DNA of 11,091 nucleotides from an archaeon. Its GTDB lineage: Archaea > Asgardarchaeota > Heimdallarchaeia > Heimdallarchaeales > Heimdallarchaeaceae. The stretch covers positions 1 through 11,091 of the forward strand of contig DAOVKB010000036.1 in the NCBI GenBank assembly GCA_030631995.1. The letters run 5' to 3'. Under the pieces are notes generated by a model. That model had not been told where the DNA came from and made no database searches. It saw only the letters and a program-made list of their open reading frames with translations. Positions within the stretch are counted from its first letter, which is position 1. Each line of letters begins with the position of its first letter. Both the position numbers and the translations under genes were made by a program. Shown one piece after another: positions 1-11,091 of this stretch.

Positions 1-4533
<4,533 letters not shown>

Positions 4534-5005
4534 TTATATTATAGTCTGTAATTTTAGGACCAGAACTCCTTGGTTTTACGATTTAAGTCGGGATATTTTT
4601 AAAGCTTTAACTACTAAAAAAATAATAAGTTTATCATTTAAAAATAAATTGGTATACACGATAATAGGCACTAAAACAGCGAGAAATAAAACATTCTTGT
4701 ATTTAATTAATTGAAAAGTTTAGTAAAGGGTAAGAAATAAGCAAATCAAGGTGTGATTCTAGTGCCACTTTTACCTTGTATAGCTGAATTTGCATTCTCT
4801 GAATTAGTGATGACAGCCCTACCCTGTGTTTGTATAACAAATGAAATACATGCTTCAATTTTAGAACCCCTACTCTCTTTAATGAGATGACCTTCATTGA
4901 AGGATCATATTGCCTCCCAAAACTATATTGTAAGATTATCTTTCATAACAGCATCGATGATTAAAGCGGTTTTATCAAACATATCAGTGCTTTTTCTATT
5001 GATAA

Positions 5006-5030
5006 AGCAAAAGTTCTTGCTATGTAAAAA
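5006..5030 (-). terminator. candidate terminator of the methylthiotransferase gene
   Basis: On the minus strand the TAA stop is followed immediately by TTTTT (plus 5026-5030) and a small hairpin AGCAA-GAACTT-TTGCT (5006-5021). Confidence 0.35.
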
Positions 5031-6356
<1,326 letters not shown>

Positions 6357-6502
6357 TTACTTAAAAAAGGCATTGTTCATTGACAATTTTGCATCCATTA
6401 AAATATTATTTTTTCATTAATATATATAGTTTATATAATAATAACAGAAACATTTTTGGATACAACAATAAGTAAATAACATACACTTCTTCCGTGAAAA
6501 AA

Positions 6503-7150
6503 ATGAGTGAATTCATTCCACAACCCCTAATCCAATTGTACATTGTTGATTTTGTTGAAGGTAGATTAGAAAAAGAAGGTGATGAACAATATAGATGGGT
6601 TTTAATCACCAAAAATGGGGAGAAAGTTTACAAAATTAGAATCAATGGCACAATAGTTGCTAAATATTATAGTGAGGGAGATAAAGAGAAAAAAACTTAC
6701 GCTAACTTCACATTGGATGATGGATCAGATACCATAAGAGTAAAAGCTTGGGAAGAACAAGCAGAAATCCTAAGAGGGTTTGAAATAGGAGAAGAAGTAG
6801 AAGTAATGGGAAGACCAAGACATAGTGATGATGAAATGTATCTCCTCCCAGATGAAATTCTGAAAATAGATGATTTCAATAAATCATTATACTTACGAAC
6901 AAAGAAAATAAAAAGATATGCAAAAAAGAACTATGAACTTCCAACAGAGGAGCAGATTATCAAGGCACATGACATGGCACAAATGGAGTCTGTATGGTCA
7001 ATCATTATGGAAACTGAGGAAGGAGTAGAACTTGACTATATAATAACAAAATCAAAATTAGACAGAGCGATTGTAGAATCAGTTATTCAAGATTTAATTA
7101 AGAAAGGAGATATCTACGAACCAACCTCTTTGAAATATAGGAAAATATAA
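6503..7150 (+). CDS. RPA32-like single-stranded-DNA-binding protein (OB fold plus C-terminal winged helix)
   Basis: ORF open from GTG 6494, and the first ATG is at 6503 (MSEFIPQPL...). Central OB-fold pattern: KIRINGTIVAKYY...YANFTLDDGSDTIRVKAWEE...GEEVEVMGRPR...MYLLPDEILKIDDFNKSLYL. C-terminal wH-like module: GVELDYIITKSKLDRAIVESVIQDLIKKGDIYEP. The architecture matches RPA32/Stn1-type proteins. Start codon choice is uncertain. Confidence 0.75.
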   Translation: MSEFIPQPLIQLYIVDFVEGRLEKEGDEQYRWVLITKNGEKVYKIRINGTIVAKYYSEGDKEKKTYANFTLDDGSDTIRVKAWEEQAEILRGFEIGEEVEVMGRPRHSDDEMYLLPDEILKIDDFNKSLYLRTKKIKRYAKKNYELPTEEQIIKAHDMAQMESVWSIIMETEEGVELDYIITKSKLDRAIVESVIQDLIKKGDIYEPTSLKYRKI

Positions 7151-7160
7151 ACTAACATAT

Positions 7161-7550
<390 letters not shown>

Positions 7551-7723
7551 CTAATTTTTAAGTTTTATGTTAAAAGAATACCAGAGAAAAGTTTCGTTTA
7601 ACCTCTTTTAAGTATGCAAATCGTCTTTTTGCGATTTTTGGGAAATTCATAGACTTAGAGAATATTTAAGAACTATGGGATTCCTTTATTTATCCTCTAC
7701 AAAATAAAATAAGAAATAATTAG

Positions 7724-8113
<390 letters not shown>

Positions 8114-8146
8114 GTAAGAACTAGAAAAAGGAATAGGCTGATTACA

Positions 8147-8662
8147 ATGGTTAAAGCTTTGGTATTGTATAATTCTCGTGGTGGTAACACTAAACAAGTA
8201 GCAATGAAAATTGCTGAAGGTTTGGGAACTGAATGTAGAAACAATAAGAAGATTCCAGATTTAAAAGAATATGATTTAATTATTGTTGGCTCGTGGGTCA
8301 TCATGGGTCGAATCAGTTTTGCTGGTGCAAGATACTTGAGAAAATTGAAACGAAAAGGTATCGAAGGCAGGAAAGTTGCCCTATTCTTTACAAGTGGTGC
8401 TCCAGATGATATTCACCCAATGACAGAAAGGAAAGGAACCCCAAAGAAAATAAAGGAAGTAATGTTTGAAACAATGGAAAGAATCTTGACAAAAAAGAAC
8501 AAGATAAACATTCTATCTGAGCGTTTCTACTGCAAAGGAGCAATTAGAATAACTAAGCATGGTGAAGTAAAAGATAATGTTGGCCATCCTACAGAGGAAG
8601 AACTAGCTCAAGCTAAGGCATTTGGAGAACAATTGAAAAATCAGTTTGAAACTTCTGGTTAA
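8147..8662 (+). CDS. flavodoxin-like fold protein
   Basis: 171-aa ORF. N-terminal flavodoxin signature KALVLYNSRGGNTKQVAMKIAEGL followed by YDLIIVGSWV and KVALFFTSG strands. Co-directional with yccF, 33 nt downstream. Confidence 0.85.
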   Translation: MVKALVLYNSRGGNTKQVAMKIAEGLGTECRNNKKIPDLKEYDLIIVGSWVIMGRISFAGARYLRKLKRKGIEGRKVALFFTSGAPDDIHPMTERKGTPKKIKEVMFETMERILTKKNKINILSERFYCKGAIRITKHGEVKDNVGHPTEEELAQAKAFGEQLKNQFETSG

Positions 8663-8671
8663 CGTAAAAGA

Positions 8672-8851
<180 letters not shown>

Positions 8852-8935
8852 CAAAAGAATAGGATAGATTTTGTTTTTGAATGTTACTATTGGAGAGAAA
8901 TGATTTTCTCATTTAAACTGAAATAAGTCGAAATG

Positions 8936-8947
8936 TTTAAATTTAAA
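8936..8947. promoter_or_regulatory. palindromic TATA-like element TTTAAATTTAAA between divergent tRNA-Ser and permuted 5S
   Basis: Perfect 12-nt palindrome with TTTAAAT on both strands. On the plus strand it is preceded by the BRE-like CGAAA (8928-8932) and lies about 30 nt upstream of tRNA base 8975. On the minus strand it, or a second TTTAAAT at 8917-8911, could drive the 5S unit. Inference from the archaeal promoter consensus only. Confidence 0.45.
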
Positions 8948-8974
8948 TTCTAGTGCAAGAAACAAGAAATCAAC

Positions 8975-9057
<83 letters not shown>

Positions 9058-9062
9058 CAATC

Positions 9063-9069
9063 TTTTTTT
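9063..9069 (+). terminator. oligo-T terminator after tRNA-Ser
   Basis: A T7 run begins 6 nt after the encoded CCA. Archaeal RNA polymerase terminates at oligo-T tracts. Confidence 0.5.
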
Positions 9070-9086
9070 CTCTACAAATCTCCAAA

Positions 9087-9094
9087 TTTAAAAA
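9087..9094 (+). promoter_or_regulatory. candidate TATA box for hypE-hypF (near-leaderless mRNA)
   Basis: TTTAAAAA is centred about 29 nt upstream of the hypE ATG (9119). There is no clear Shine-Dalgarno in between, which fits a leaderless or very short-leader transcript. Confidence 0.4.
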
Positions 9095-9100
9095 GACTAA

Positions 9101-11091
<1,991 letters not shown>

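Noticed and set aside
4807-4813. GTGATGA resembling a C box of a C/D box sRNA in the long spacer
   Set aside because: There is no CTGA D box or C'/D' pair within the expected 50-70 nt downstream, and no terminal stem.

Overview
This is an AT-rich archaeal chromosomal segment made mostly of housekeeping genes. The archaeal call rests on an archaeal-type 5S sequence, an e-MtaB/CDKAL1-like methylthiotransferase, an RPA32-like protein and BRE/TATA-like promoters. The minus strand carries gyrB-gyrA, with overlapping stop and start, and a MiaB-family tRNA methylthiotransferase. The plus strand carries an RPA32-like OB-fold/winged-helix protein, a YccF-family membrane protein, a flavodoxin-like protein, tRNA-Ser(GCU), hypE and the 5' part of hypF. 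A small convergent hypothetical gene lies at 7161-7508. Two real genes are missing from the ORF track because they run off the window: gyrA (1-2447, minus) and hypF (10163-11091, plus). The main finding is the GC-rich island at 8672-8851, which the track reads as a 76-aa plus-strand ORF. On the minus strand it is a 5S rRNA whose two halves are in swapped order: 3' half, UGCG tetraloop closing helix I, then 5' half. It also has a 10-bp flanking helix, an extra hairpin, and half of a bulge-helix-bulge motif exactly at the permutation junction. So it looks like a circularly permuted, possibly circularised, 5S rRNA gene. All RNA folds were done by eye and need covariance-model and transcript-level confirmation.
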